DNA of 64,000 bases. Origin: a virus. Position numbers and translations under genes: made by a program. Below, in pieces: positions 9,659 through 19,033 of this stretch. Under the pieces are notes generated by a model. That model did no database searches. It was given only the letters and a program-made list of their open reading frames with translations, and was not told the origin of the DNA. The stretch spans positions 1 through 64,000 of IMG/VR virus record IMGVR_UViG_3300028883_000003. One strand, written 5' to 3'. The first letter of the stretch is position 1. Every line of letters begins with the position of its first letter.

Positions 9659-10515
9659 TCAGGTAAGCCTCTGATTATCCCATTTATAATATCTTTTCTA
9701 AAGTAAACAAACAATTTATTTTTAATTTCGTCTACACATTCTTCCATTAAGTCTTGTTCCACTTCTTTAATTAAGTTGCCTATATCTTTTGGCTCTTTTA
9801 AAAGTTTTCCTTTTTCTTCCAAATGCTGAATTGCTTTTACCCACCGTGCTTCAGTTTTATACTGGTCAACCAAAAGCTGAATTATATTTTTGCCGGTTTT
9901 GGGTGCAAATGCTTTTTTGTTCTGCTCTTTGAATTTTTCCGAAACAAATTTACCCATCATAACTTTTCCATCTCGACCAAACTTCTCATAATTCTTAAAC
10001 ACCACACCCTCAATAGTTGTCCCACCCAAAGCACTTGTTTTTAACAAAAATTCTTCAAGCTCTTCTAAAGTCGGGGCCTTAGATATCATTGTGAAAGTTT
10101 TCACACATTCCAAACCCAGTCTTTCAGCTTCTTCTTTCACATTACCCGGTGCTAAATAGTCCTCTTCCCCTCTATTTATATCAAACAAAATTATATTCTT
10201 TTTTGGTGTTCTATCATAAGTTAGTGTGCTGTGATGAGGTTTGCTTAAATATTCACTACGATAAGTCCAGCCGGGGTGCAATTCGTCTTTTAAAACACGT
10301 ACGGTTTCAACTGCTTTTGTAAACATCTGTTGTGGGTAATCTATATTCATTTCTACATAATGAGATTTAATTTTAAGTTCTCCGTCAATTAGTCCGAAAG
10401 AAAATTGGCTTCCGTCTATCTTTTCTTGCACAAAAATTACGCCACTATCAAATATTTCTTTGATGTTTGCATGGCCTAAGTTATATACTTTAGGATAATT
10501 ATGCCAACTTGTCAT
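9625..10515 (-). CDS. ATP-dependent RNA ligase-like nucleotidyltransferase (Rnl2-like)
   Basis: motif I EKIDGSQF, motif III-like YRSEY, LFDI, EGVVFK, MGKFV. Confidence 0.75.
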   Translation of the reverse strand: MTSWHNYPKVYNLGHANIKEIFDSGVIFVQEKIDGSQFSFGLIDGELKIKSHYVEMNIDYPQQMFTKAVETVRVLKDELHPGWTYRSEYLSKPHHSTLTYDRTPKKNIILFDINRGEEDYLAPGNVKEEAERLGLECVKTFTMISKAPTLEELEEFLLKTSALGGTTIEGVVFKNYEKFGRDGKVMMGKFVSEKFKEQNKKAFAPKTGKNIIQLLVDQYKTEARWVKAIQHLEEKGKLLKEPKDIGNLIKEVEQDLMEECVDEIKNKLFVYFRKDIINGIIRGLPEWYKKRLTGLG

Positions 10516-10518
10516 CTC

Positions 10519-10764
10519 CTATTTCCTTTCCGTTTCTTTTCTATTTAACCAGCCTATAGGGCTAAGATTTACTTTTTTTCCACTAACAAACCCACTGAGC
10601 ACCAGTAAAAACACTATAAAAACACTTGGCAAACGTTTAAACAATGTAGCTACAATAGTACCAGCACTGTCATTCCAAAGTATAAGGTCAGCAGCAAGGA
10701 GCAAGTTTCTAGCCTTACTAAAACGCAGCATTGCAAGGTTAGATCTTTTTATAATTTTAGTCAC
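10519..10764 (-). CDS. NxxF micro-protein family member (divergent)
   Basis: core LPSVFIVFLLVL. Confidence 0.5.
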   Translation of the reverse strand: MTKIIKRSNLAMLRFSKARNLLLAADLILWNDSAGTIVATLFKRLPSVFIVFLLVLSGFVSGKKVNLSPIGWLNRKETERK

Positions 10765-10939
10765 GTATATGTCCTTTAAACAAAACCCATATAGTTAATT
10801 TTCTATTGTAGTTTTTTAGTGCCATTAAAAATACTAACACCAGTGGGTTACTCTCAAGAATAAGCTTAGTAGGAACACATATCCCATATGGTTTAATCTG
10901 ATACCATTTGTCATCTATTCTTTCAAATTCTATCTTCAT
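10757..10939 (-). CDS. NxxF micro-protein family member
   Basis: core SNPLVLVFLMAL. Confidence 0.55.
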   Translation of the reverse strand: MKIEFERIDDKWYQIKPYGICVPTKLILESNPLVLVFLMALKNYNRKLTIWVLFKGHIRD

Positions 10940-11124
10940 CTTACATCAAATATAATAGAAAAATTTATTTTTGGGTTTCTTTCTTTTAAACAAATAATAA
11001 AATAAACTAATATAGCATTGTTTAAAAATTTACTTGGCATAAATGTAGTATACGTGTTTGACGATCTATGAAACGTTACCCCCATATCTCGTCCGTTATC
11101 TACTGTATGTATGCTGTTAATCAT
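10936..11124 (-). CDS. NxxF micro-protein family member
   Basis: core LNNAILVYFIICL. Confidence 0.5.
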   Translation of the reverse strand: MINSIHTVDNGRDMGVTFHRSSNTYTTFMPSKFLNNAILVYFIICLKERNPKINFSIIFDVR

Positions 11125-11130
11125 ATTTAA

Positions 11131-11216
11131 TGGCCCTAGTAGGACTTGAACCTACACGATCATTTACGATCACAAGATTTTAAGTCTCGTGTGTCTACCA
11201 ATTCCACCATAGGGCC
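11131..11216 (-). tRNA. trnL: tRNA-Leu(UAA)
   Basis: acceptor GGCCCTA/TAGGGCC, anticodon loop CTTAAAA, long variable arm, T-loop TTCAAGT; no encoded CCA. Confidence 0.95.
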
Positions 11217-11416
11217 TATTTATGTAGTTTTTGATATATTGTCGGGTAAAGTCTGTACTTTATAGCAAAACAAAAAAATAGGAAAATTCCGCTACACTTT
11301 TTTATCATCAATTCATCCAAATAATACCACTTAAAACCATTTATATAAACATCACAGATACTTACGTGCCCCTTTCTTGGGATTTGTTTTTCAAACTTTA
11401 TTTTTGGTTTATTCAT
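11216..11416 (-). CDS. NxxF micro-protein family member (divergent)
   Basis: core CSGIFLFFCFAI; stop overlaps tRNA-Leu +1. Confidence 0.5.
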   Translation of the reverse strand: MNKPKIKFEKQIPRKGHVSICDVYINGFKWYYLDELMIKKCSGIFLFFCFAIKYRLYPTIYQKLHK

Positions 11417-11450
11417 TGGTCATCCCCCATAAGACCCCATTTTATATTTA

Positions 11451-11918
11451 TCATATTTCTAGCAAATCTTCATGTCTAAAGCTGTAGGAAATTTGTTTAG
11501 TTACTTTAGATAACGCCTCCAATTCATTTTCCCCATTGTCAACCAGCTGTCTATATTTTGCCTGCCTTATTTTATGTGGGAATTCCAGTATAATTCTAAA
11601 AACACCATTAGCATTTTCAGCCCAACTATTCAAAAAATTAGTATTTCTGCAACCAAATTTAGGCTCGGTTAATTCCAGTAGTTCTTTGTCAACTATATAA
11701 CAAAACATTTTAGAATTATTTCGGCCATCCATGGCTAAAACAATTCTATTTTGCCCGGATTCAAATATGAAACATTTGAATTTACGATACGTTCTTTTAG
11801 TTGCATTAATAGTGGTGTCAACTTTTAGTGCTACAACTTCAGCTTGCTTAGATTCTCCTATGGAAAGAATAGCATTTTCCATTTCTCTATGCTTTTCTAC
11901 TGGAGCTAGCATGTACAT
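11451..11918 (-). CDS. hypothetical protein
   Basis: 155 aa ORF coupled to the sigma gene. Confidence 0.6.
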   Translation of the reverse strand: MYMLAPVEKHREMENAILSIGESKQAEVVALKVDTTINATKRTYRKFKCFIFESGQNRIVLAMDGRNNSKMFCYIVDKELLELTEPKFGCRNTNFLNSWAENANGVFRIILEFPHKIRQAKYRQLVDNGENELEALSKVTKQISYSFRHEDLLEI

Positions 11919-12439
11919 TTTATAAACTCCTCTATGGTTTGTTCTATCTGTTCTTCAATTTCAATCTTCTTAATAACTTTTAATCTAGCTCTGTGTATTT
12001 TTGTTTTAACAGTATTAATTGGTATATCTAATTTTTCAGCAATTTCTTGATATTCATAACCAAGATAGTACATGTTTAATATTCTTTTCCTCAAGTTATC
12101 CAGCTTTTGCACAGCCTTTTTAACTTTCCTCGCCCTATCATATTCTTTCTCTTGAATAGGGATATTTTCAAATAGTTCTGTGTAATAAACTATTGGGTTT
12201 TTTGTTTCTTTTTTATAGTCGTTTAGAGACATATTTCTCAAGATAGTTAAAAGCCATCCGGTGAAGTAATCCCCACTTGGCATTTGTTTATACAAGTGAA
12301 GTTTTTGCTTAGCTCTTATATATAAATTATGCACAATATCCTTGGCTTCTTTAATATCGTTTTGCACATACCTATTTGCATATGAGGCCAACATTGGGTA
12401 ACACTGCATAAATCTTTTGTCAAATTCTCGTACCGTCAT
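11906..12439 (-). CDS. ECF-type sigma-70 factor
   Basis: region 2 AKDIVHNLY..FTGWLLTILRN; region 4 HTH YQEIAEKLDIPINTVKTKIHRAR. Confidence 0.88.
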   Translation of the reverse strand: MTVREFDKRFMQCYPMLASYANRYVQNDIKEAKDIVHNLYIRAKQKLHLYKQMPSGDYFTGWLLTILRNMSLNDYKKETKNPIVYYTELFENIPIQEKEYDRARKVKKAVQKLDNLRKRILNMYYLGYEYQEIAEKLDIPINTVKTKIHRARLKVIKKIEIEEQIEQTIEEFIKCTC

Positions 12440-12638
12440 TCTTAGTGGCCTCCTCTATATAGTCGTTGTATGATGCCGTTAGTATGTTTTTCTTCGTAAA
12501 AGTATGATAACTAAGTACTAGTAAAAATAAAGTAAATACGGAGTTAGGATAAAATCTTTTAACAAAGCCCTTACCGATCATTCCAGTTCTCCCCACCCAA
12601 AGATCGTAATGCCCCCTGCGTATTTTAAAGTTCTTCAT
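12420..12638 (-). CDS. NxxF micro-protein family member
   Basis: core YPNSVFTLFLLVL. Confidence 0.6.
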   Translation of the reverse strand: MKNFKIRRGHYDLWVGRTGMIGKGFVKRFYPNSVFTLFLLVLSYHTFTKKNILTASYNDYIEEATKNDGTRI

Positions 12639-12925
12639 CTAGTCAATTCCGCAACAATGCACAATTCTGCCAATTCTAGAGTTATTGCGGTTTCTTCCTC
12701 ATCCACTATTTCTTTGGCTGCTTTTATAAATCCAATTATTGCTGTTTGGCTCCAAATGTTTGGGTTACACAGCACCCAATAAAATGTCATAATGTTTAAT
12801 TTTTTGAGTTTGGCATAATTATCTAGAGTCAATTCAAATTCTTTACCAACTGCCCGTTCAACAAGCTCTAGCCAATACTCAGGCCATCTTGCTTCTCTTA
12901 ATTCTTCAATTGTGAACTTTAGCAT
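12635..12925 (-). CDS. hypothetical protein (paralog of 14544 and 19546)
   Basis: KFTIEEL...ELTLDNY pattern shared with the two other ORFs. Confidence 0.55.
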   Translation of the reverse strand: MLKFTIEELREARWPEYWLELVERAVGKEFELTLDNYAKLKKLNIMTFYWVLCNPNIWSQTAIIGFIKAAKEIVDEEETAITLELAELCIVAELTR

Positions 12926-13172
12926 TTTTAAACCTATTATTTATGTGAACTTTAGCATTGTTAAACCTATTATTTACGTGAAACAAAATATCTTTTCTTG
13001 GATCACGCCCAATATATCTAAACCAAATTATCATAAAAAGAATAAATACAGGGTTTTTAAATGTCTTTGGCACAAAAGTATAGTTTACCCTTTTGTTACC
13101 TTGCATTGTGCAAGTATAATAGACATTTCTAAATGTCATGTCTTTTATGCGTCTTATTTCTGTAATTTTCAT
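12906..13172 (-). CDS. NxxF micro-protein family member
   Basis: core FKNPVFILFMIIW..IGR..RKDIL. Confidence 0.62.
   Translation of the reverse strand: MKITEIRRIKDMTFRNVYYTCTMQGNKRVNYTFVPKTFKNPVFILFMIIWFRYIGRDPRKDILFHVNNRFNNAKVHINNRFKNAKVHN
12911..12976. repeat. 33-bp tandem direct repeat, 2 copies
   Basis: TGTGAACTTTAGCATT(T/G)TTAAACCTATTATTTA twice, 1 mismatch. Confidence 0.9.
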
Positions 13173-13202
13173 TATACGCTTATATTTATGTCATGTTTCA
13201 AA

Positions 13203-13433
13203 CTATTTATTATAATCATTTTTACTCAGCTGTTCGTTTACAAAAAGTAATATGTCTTTTCTTTTATTACGACCAATAAAATCCCACCACACTAAGAAAA
13301 ATAAAGAAAATACTGGATTTTTAACTATTTCTAACACAAGTGTGGCATTAAACTTATCTGTTTTAACAGAATAAGCAGGACCGTAGATAGAGTTAAATTT
13401 TGCGTAAATTTTTTCTATACCTTCAATTTTCAT
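13203..13433 (-). CDS. NxxF micro-protein family member
   Basis: core VKNPVFSLFFLVW..IGR..RKDIL. Confidence 0.62.
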   Translation of the reverse strand: MKIEGIEKIYAKFNSIYGPAYSVKTDKFNATLVLEIVKNPVFSLFFLVWWDFIGRNKRKDILLFVNEQLSKNDYNK

Positions 13434-13575
13434 GCGGTTTATAAATGTCCTTTTCTTCTTTTTGGCAAACCTTGCACAACTTATCTTCCGACCAAGATTT
13501 ATTTTTCTTGGTTAGTTCCTTGCCACAATATTGGCACTTTTGTATATTATATTTCTTCATAATCTTTCACAACAT

Positions 13576-13616
13576 AAAAAAGAAAGCACGGGGTTAGTAA
13601 GAACCATCCTAACCCC
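13576..13616 (-). terminator. intrinsic terminator-like hairpin
   Basis: GGGGTTAG/CTAACCCC stem followed on the minus strand by GTGCTTTCTTTTTT. Confidence 0.55.
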
Positions 13617-13868
13617 TATGTTTAGGAGGGGAAACATTTCGTAGCACAATTACGCAAGTTTGGTCCATTGTGGGATACACCTACTATGCTTTCGCTTGTT
13701 ACTTTAGTTTAGGTATAGCTCTAAGTTCTGTAACCTGAACATTTTCTCCTAATGTTTCTTTGGCTTTTTCTTTAGCACCTTCCAAAGACAAGGCTTTGAG
13801 TTTGTGAACAGTGTTAAAGCCTTCAGGATTTGTGGATTGGATAAGATAAGTACGCATTTTATTTCTCC

Positions 13869-14132
13869 TTAAAAGGTTATATGTATTTCCTTAACATTTT
13901 TTGGTTCAATTGTTACCCAAGAACTTATTCCGTTTTGTTCCTGCGTAATTACATAATCGTCTACTGCATAAGTATTGCTAGTTCCTTGGTTTATTAGGCG
14001 TATTTTACATTCTTGGTAAAATAATGTATCATCGTTAAGAATTATCTCTGCTTTTGATACGTCAATATCACATTTGTTATTATTACAGCCTATAAAAAAT
14101 AGGCATAATACCAACATAAGTAATTTATACAT
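13869..14132 (-). CDS. putative lipoprotein
   Basis: hydrophobic signal with lipobox-like FIGC. Confidence 0.55.
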   Translation of the reverse strand: MYKLLMLVLCLFFIGCNNNKCDIDVSKAEIILNDDTLFYQECKIRLINQGTSNTYAVDDYVITQEQNGISSWVTIEPKNVKEIHITF

Positions 14133-14340
14133 TTATTTCTCCTTTAAGAGTTTTAATATTTTCCACAAAATTTTATCAGTTTTTTCTCCAGCCCTTTTTA
14201 ATCTGTCCCTTTCAGCTTTTGTCAATCTAATCGAAAACATGTGTTTACCAACTTTCGTATTGGTTTTATCTGGTACAACAAATAACAAGTACCAATAAAA
14301 GAGGTTAAACTTAGGAGATAAACTATAGCAGCTTTAATAA

Positions 14341-14547
14341 TCATTTAAATCTTCTTAGACTATTTAGTGTTAACAAAATTGTTACGGGAATTTTTAAATT
14401 AAGGCAGAGTAAAAACATAATGAAATTACTGCTTTTACATAGAGATTTTTTAATATAAAACGGACTGGCGAAGGTATTTAGATCGTGGGTAATCCAGAAG
14501 ATAAAGTAATTCTGTTTTTGCTCCATATATTCTATTTTAATTTTCAC
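14341..14547 (-). CDS. NxxF micro-protein family member (divergent)
   Basis: core KSSNFIMFLLCL. Confidence 0.5.
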   Translation of the reverse strand: MKIKIEYMEQKQNYFIFWITHDLNTFASPFYIKKSLCKSSNFIMFLLCLNLKIPVTILLTLNSLRRFK

Positions 14548-14912
14548 TTAAACACCACATTGTAATTTTTGCAGTACGGACAATATACTTCGTCTAAATA
14601 GTCAGCTAAGATTATTATTTCAACTCCTATGGATTGGTTAAACATAAATACTCGCTGCAATCCTACCTCATCGTCAAACATGGGCTTTCTTAACCCAAGT
14701 AGTTCCTCATAAACATTATAACGAAAGGTGTAGTTATTTATAAGACGATGTACACACGCATGTAGTGCTAATAGGGCGTCATCACCATATTTCAGTATTT
14801 TTTCTAAATTTGCAGGGGTTATTTCAACACCACTTGGGAATTTTTTAGCAAATTTTTCAAATTCCGGTTTTGGGTGAAAAAACGGTTTAAGTTGTTTTAG
14901 TGTAATTTTCAT
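14544..14912 (-). CDS. hypothetical protein (paralog of 19546)
   Basis: MKIT..L...F.K.F...V.ITP.N.EK...LADYLD. Confidence 0.6.
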   Translation of the reverse strand: MKITLKQLKPFFHPKPEFEKFAKKFPSGVEITPANLEKILKYGDDALLALHACVHRLINNYTFRYNVYEELLGLRKPMFDDEVGLQRVFMFNQSIGVEIIILADYLDEVYCPYCKNYNVVFK

Positions 14913-14913
14913 T

Positions 14914-15177
14914 TTAATCCATTGCTACTAATTTTAGTCCTTTAGAATTATCCCTCTCATAATTATCAACCAAAGCAGAATTTTTAGGAACCTTAATTTT
15001 TTTGACAACAATAACCGATTTTGGCATACCACAATTTGGGCATTTTAAGGTTGGATCGGTTTCCCAACGTGCAAAACTACAAGTAAAGGTGTGGTGCACT
15101 ACCGGCTTTGTAGATGTTACTCTTTTGTTTCCACAATGACTGCAAGAAATATAACAGTTTGTATTAATTGTTGGCAT
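14914..15177 (-). CDS. zinc-ribbon protein
   Basis: CSHCG and CPNCG motifs. Confidence 0.6.
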   Translation of the reverse strand: MPTINTNCYISCSHCGNKRVTSTKPVVHHTFTCSFARWETDPTLKCPNCGMPKSVIVVKKIKVPKNSALVDNYERDNSKGLKLVAMD

Positions 15178-15376
15178 TTTTTCTCCTGTTTATCTTTACT
15201 AAAAGTTCACTATCTAACAAAAAACAAAAGTATGTAAATAATGAATTTTTAAAAAACTCGTCTACTAAATAAAGACACTCCGTGTTATTACTATTATTAT
15301 CTGTAACAACTATAGCGTAGTTACTTCCCCATTTACTAGCACTACGTTTAAATCTTAACGGTGGTTTTAGTTTCAT
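15164..15376 (-). CDS. NxxF micro-protein family member
   Basis: core FKNSLFTYFCFLL. Confidence 0.6.
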   Translation of the reverse strand: MKLKPPLRFKRSASKWGSNYAIVVTDNNSNNTECLYLVDEFFKNSLFTYFCFLLDSELLVKINRRKNANN

Positions 15377-15645
15377 TTTAGAAAAGAAGTATCTTTAAAA
15401 AAGTTTTCCACCTTTAGCGGCACCCAAAATTTGTAAATAAATTCATCGTAATCTACGCTGTCAAACATTATAAAACGCCATTTCCAGTCCCTATTATTAC
15501 GTATATCTTCTCTTGACTTCTGATCAATAATTTTTAGCAGCTTTGACCTAAAAGTATACACATTATTGTTTCTGCATATCATTATCAGACAATAAAGTAC
15601 TGTTAAAACACACAAAGAAATCACTATTATTGGAATTGTGGCCAT

Positions 15646-16035
15646 TTATATTCTGCCTTTCTTTAGAATATCTTCTACAAATACATCGCTTTTTTCATTG
15701 TCTGGTCTATATTTATTTGATATTTTTGCATCTAGTGGAACTATAAGATGCTCAGTAATTTTACATTCAGTTTGTGTTCGTTTGTCTATAAAATAAAGTA
15801 TAGAGCCAAACTCATAATTAGTTATTTTACTAATTTTGCCACTGTAATAATAGTATAGTGTTTCCTTGTTGTTTTTGTTATACTTTTTTGTGCAATCCCC
15901 AAAATGTTCTGTGGTTTCTATTTCATCCCCTTTTTTCAAACCAAACTTTATACTTTTCTTCACTTTGCCGCTCATAAAACGAATAACATATAAAAACAAC
16001 AAAACATAAAGTAATGTGTAAATTAAATCCCACAT
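15646..16035 (-). CDS. membrane-anchored SH3/KOW-like hypothetical protein
   Basis: N-terminal hydrophobic helix, LKKGDEIET, C-terminal EDILKK; paralog of 17761. Confidence 0.55.
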   Translation of the reverse strand: MWDLIYTLLYVLLFLYVIRFMSGKVKKSIKFGLKKGDEIETTEHFGDCTKKYNKNNKETLYYYYSGKISKITNYEFGSILYFIDKRTQTECKITEHLIVPLDAKISNKYRPDNEKSDVFVEDILKKGRI

Positions 16036-16043
16036 AATTTTAA

Positions 16044-16116
16044 TACCCCATCTAGGACTCGAACCTAGGACAGACGGATTAAAGGTCCGCTACTCTACCA
16101 ACTGAGTTAATGGGGC
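16044..16116 (-). tRNA. trnK: tRNA-Lys(UUU) with C33
   Basis: acceptor GCCCCAT/ATGGGGT, anticodon arm GCGGA-CCTTTAA-TCCGT, T-arm CTAGG-TTCGAGT-CCTAG. Confidence 0.9.
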
Positions 16117-16331
16117 TTGCTTTCATAGCTTGGTATATATCCAATACCTTTATAACAAATGGCAAAAAACAAAACAAATACGCTATTATTAATTTCTTGA
16201 CGACTAAAAGGAACACCTAAAACCCATAGAGGATATTTTTGCATATTTTTAAGTTGAACATTTATTTTTTTCATATCATTGAATTTTAGGTAATCATTCT
16301 CAAATTGTGCAAATCGTTCTTTTGTAGTCAT
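16107..16331 (-). CDS. NxxF micro-protein family member
   Basis: core INNSVFVLFFAIC; last 10 nt overlap tRNA-Lys. Confidence 0.6.
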   Translation of the reverse strand: MTTKERFAQFENDYLKFNDMKKINVQLKNMQKYPLWVLGVPFSRQEINNSVFVLFFAICYKGIGYIPSYESKPH

Positions 16332-16693
16332 TATTTATTCCTAACTGCTACATATTCACCCCAATACCATTCATCAATAGTATCTAGGGTTCCGTACTGA
16401 TGCCCTCTATGAATTACCCCATATGCTTTAATGCCATAAATATTGCCTGTAGATTTTTCTACCATATATTTACCAGAAGTTCCAACATCTATTTTGATAT
16501 ATTTGCTACCCGGTTTTATAGAAACTGCAAAATTATGTAATTTAGGATCAAATCCCTTTTTTATATATTCTGTCCTTGTTTCTTCTGCTATTTTATTTGC
16601 AAGATTTTTTATTTTGCAATCTTGACAAATATCGGGGTACATAGTAAACATATCATGGCAACTAGGACAACGATGTATTGTAATTTCAGACAT
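16331..16693 (-). CDS. conserved phage-type hypothetical protein
   Basis: KYIKI..GKYMV..STGNIY pattern; N-terminal CxxC..CxxC. Confidence 0.6.
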   Translation of the reverse strand: MSEITIHRCPSCHDMFTMYPDICQDCKIKNLANKIAEETRTEYIKKGFDPKLHNFAVSIKPGSKYIKIDVGTSGKYMVEKSTGNIYGIKAYGVIHRGHQYGTLDTIDEWYWGEYVAVRNK

Positions 16694-17058
16694 TATTTTA
16701 GCCCTATTATTTCAAACACTTTTTGTAGTGCATAATAATTGGGGTTTAAATTGAACATTATCAAATTATACAGCTTTACCGTAAATATTATTGAAAGCAT
16801 AAAGCTTGTTATACCACTAGCAACAGGCAAAATAAAATAATAATCTTCGTACCAATCATTCCTTTCCCCAATGATAACGCCAATTAATACACCAATTAAA
16901 CAAACCCCAAGTAAAGAACCAAACAATATGGTTTCAACATAGGGTTCTGTATAAGCCTGTCGATAAGCCATTTCCCATATTTCTGGTGCCACTTCTTGTA
17001 CCTTGGTAGATATTAAATCAACCTTGTCCAATAACCATACAACTGTCGTTGAGTCCAT
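16693..17058 (-). CDS. membrane protein
   Basis: two hydrophobic segments. Confidence 0.6.
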   Translation of the reverse strand: MDSTTVVWLLDKVDLISTKVQEVAPEIWEMAYRQAYTEPYVETILFGSLLGVCLIGVLIGVIIGERNDWYEDYYFILPVASGITSFMLSIIFTVKLYNLIMFNLNPNYYALQKVFEIIGLK

Positions 17059-17760
17059 AACTTTCTCCTTATCTTATAGTACAGTCAATTTTTATTAACG
17101 TATTCCCAACTTGACAAAAATATTCTTGTTTATATTCATCTATAATTATTTCTCCACCCTTATTTATGCAATCATAACAAGTATATTTAGGAGAACAAGA
17201 ACAACAAAAGAGTAAAAGTAACAGAAGTAGTTCTTTCATGGCTTTATTCTAAAAAATTCCGGGTTACATGTAGCTTCTGCAAATCTTCCGTCTAAAGTTT
17301 CTTTTATTGTACACTGCCACTTGCCATTAAGTTTTACAACTGTTACTCTTTTGTCCGAGTAATTTTTTATGTCAACAGAATATCCCCGGCTTTCAAGTGT
17401 TTCTTTGAAACCCATTTGGTTTACTTTTTATTTTTAATCTTTATGATAAAAGTAATAGCAAAAATTAGTATTGCCATAATATATAAACTTAAAAACAAAA
17501 GATCACTCATTTTTTAGCCTTTTAGTCTGGTATTACACAAAATTCCCCAAATTCTGCAACATTAATATAGCCAACTATTATATTATCTCTGGCTCCATCC
17601 TTTACAGTAATAACACCAACTAAAACATCTTTATCTTTTGTTTTTATAATTTCGGTATCAATATAATAAGTACCTTTAGCTAACTTAGTCCTAAATTTAG
17701 CCGCTAATTTCAAAATTTTCTTTTTTCTATCCATTTTAGCAACACTCAAAAAATATGAAG

Positions 17761-18168
17761 TTATTTTTTATGCTTCTTCAAAATATCATCTATCGTTGTA
17801 TTACTCATTTTTGGCTTGTTGTTAAAAGCAGAATTAGAAACAGTTGGTCTTGATTCCTCATAGGTTTTACCACGATATTGATTTGGTATCTTTTCTTTTT
17901 CCGGTTGTACCCATGCCTCATCTATGGAAACTAATTGTCTGGTTTTTTCATTTTGGAATCTGATTAGAGAAGTTCTGTCATTTCTTGGCTCAACTAACAT
18001 TACTACCCCTTTCATATACACAGGCTTAGCAGGAAAAGGATTAGTAATTAATAACTTTTTAGCCAACGCTTCTTGTTCAATATTATGCATTATGGTCATA
18101 ATAGCATATTCTTCGTTGGTTTCTATTTTGTCACCAACTTCTAGTTTCCATAATTTGCTAGCCATCAT
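17761..18168 (-). CDS. SH3/KOW-like hypothetical protein
   Basis: LEVGDKIET...C-terminal DDILKK; paralog of 15646. Confidence 0.55.
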   Translation of the reverse strand: MMASKLWKLEVGDKIETNEEYAIMTIMHNIEQEALAKKLLITNPFPAKPVYMKGVVMLVEPRNDRTSLIRFQNEKTRQLVSIDEAWVQPEKEKIPNQYRGKTYEESRPTVSNSAFNNKPKMSNTTIDDILKKHKK

Positions 18169-19033
18169 TTTCCTCCATTATTTTGGTAATGCTTTTCAAA
18201 CAAATAATAAATTTCGTCTACTAGTTCACCAGCTTGTTCTTTCGACAAATGCAAACTCCTGAACTTATCTGGGGTTTCATCTATATACAATCTAATTGCT
18301 GGTTGATCGGCTAAACTAGATTCGCACAAATGAAAAGTAGTGCCATTTAAATCCGTTTTTTTCTGGCCTTGTTTAAATCCCCTATTAGACTTTGTGAACT
18401 TTGCTTTCTTTTTATCAGCACAACAACATTTTTTGTACTTAAGTTCTTCTAGCACTATTTTAATACTTGTAGTACATAAACAAATTAAGACAATAATAAA
18501 TACAAGATTAAATACAAAATACCACCAAGACGCCCCATCTCCGCGATGTACCATATTTAACATCATCCAAATAGCGAATAGAAAATACCATACTGAAAAG
18601 AAAATATCAGCAAACATTTTACGCCTCTACTACATATTTATGATTTCTGTTTTTCCACACTTTTTACATTTGCATTATTGCAAAGTACAGAATGTTTTCC
18701 ATTGGTTCTGCCAAATATATAGCCCATAACAAAACAGAAAATGCACACAAGAATAAAAATAGTAGTAATCATAAATTACCCCTCTGTGTCTCTCTACATT
18801 CTTTACACATTCCATGTGACTCAAATTTATTATATTCTACTTCACTCAGTTTTCTCAGTACATTACCATGACTATCATAAGTGCTTTTACACCAAGCACA
18901 TACATGTTCTGTATTATCTTCTCTCAGTAAATAATCTAGGCCCTTTCTAACTGCCGGAATTCTGTACAACAAACTAGCTATACACAAACCAATCAAAACA
19001 ACAGTAGCAAAAACAGCTATTAAGAATATGTTT

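Noticed and set aside
13568-13610. Mini-ORF MVLTNPVLSFLCC resembling the NxxF core
   Set aside because: It coincides with a terminator stem and U-tract, so the resemblance comes from T-richness.
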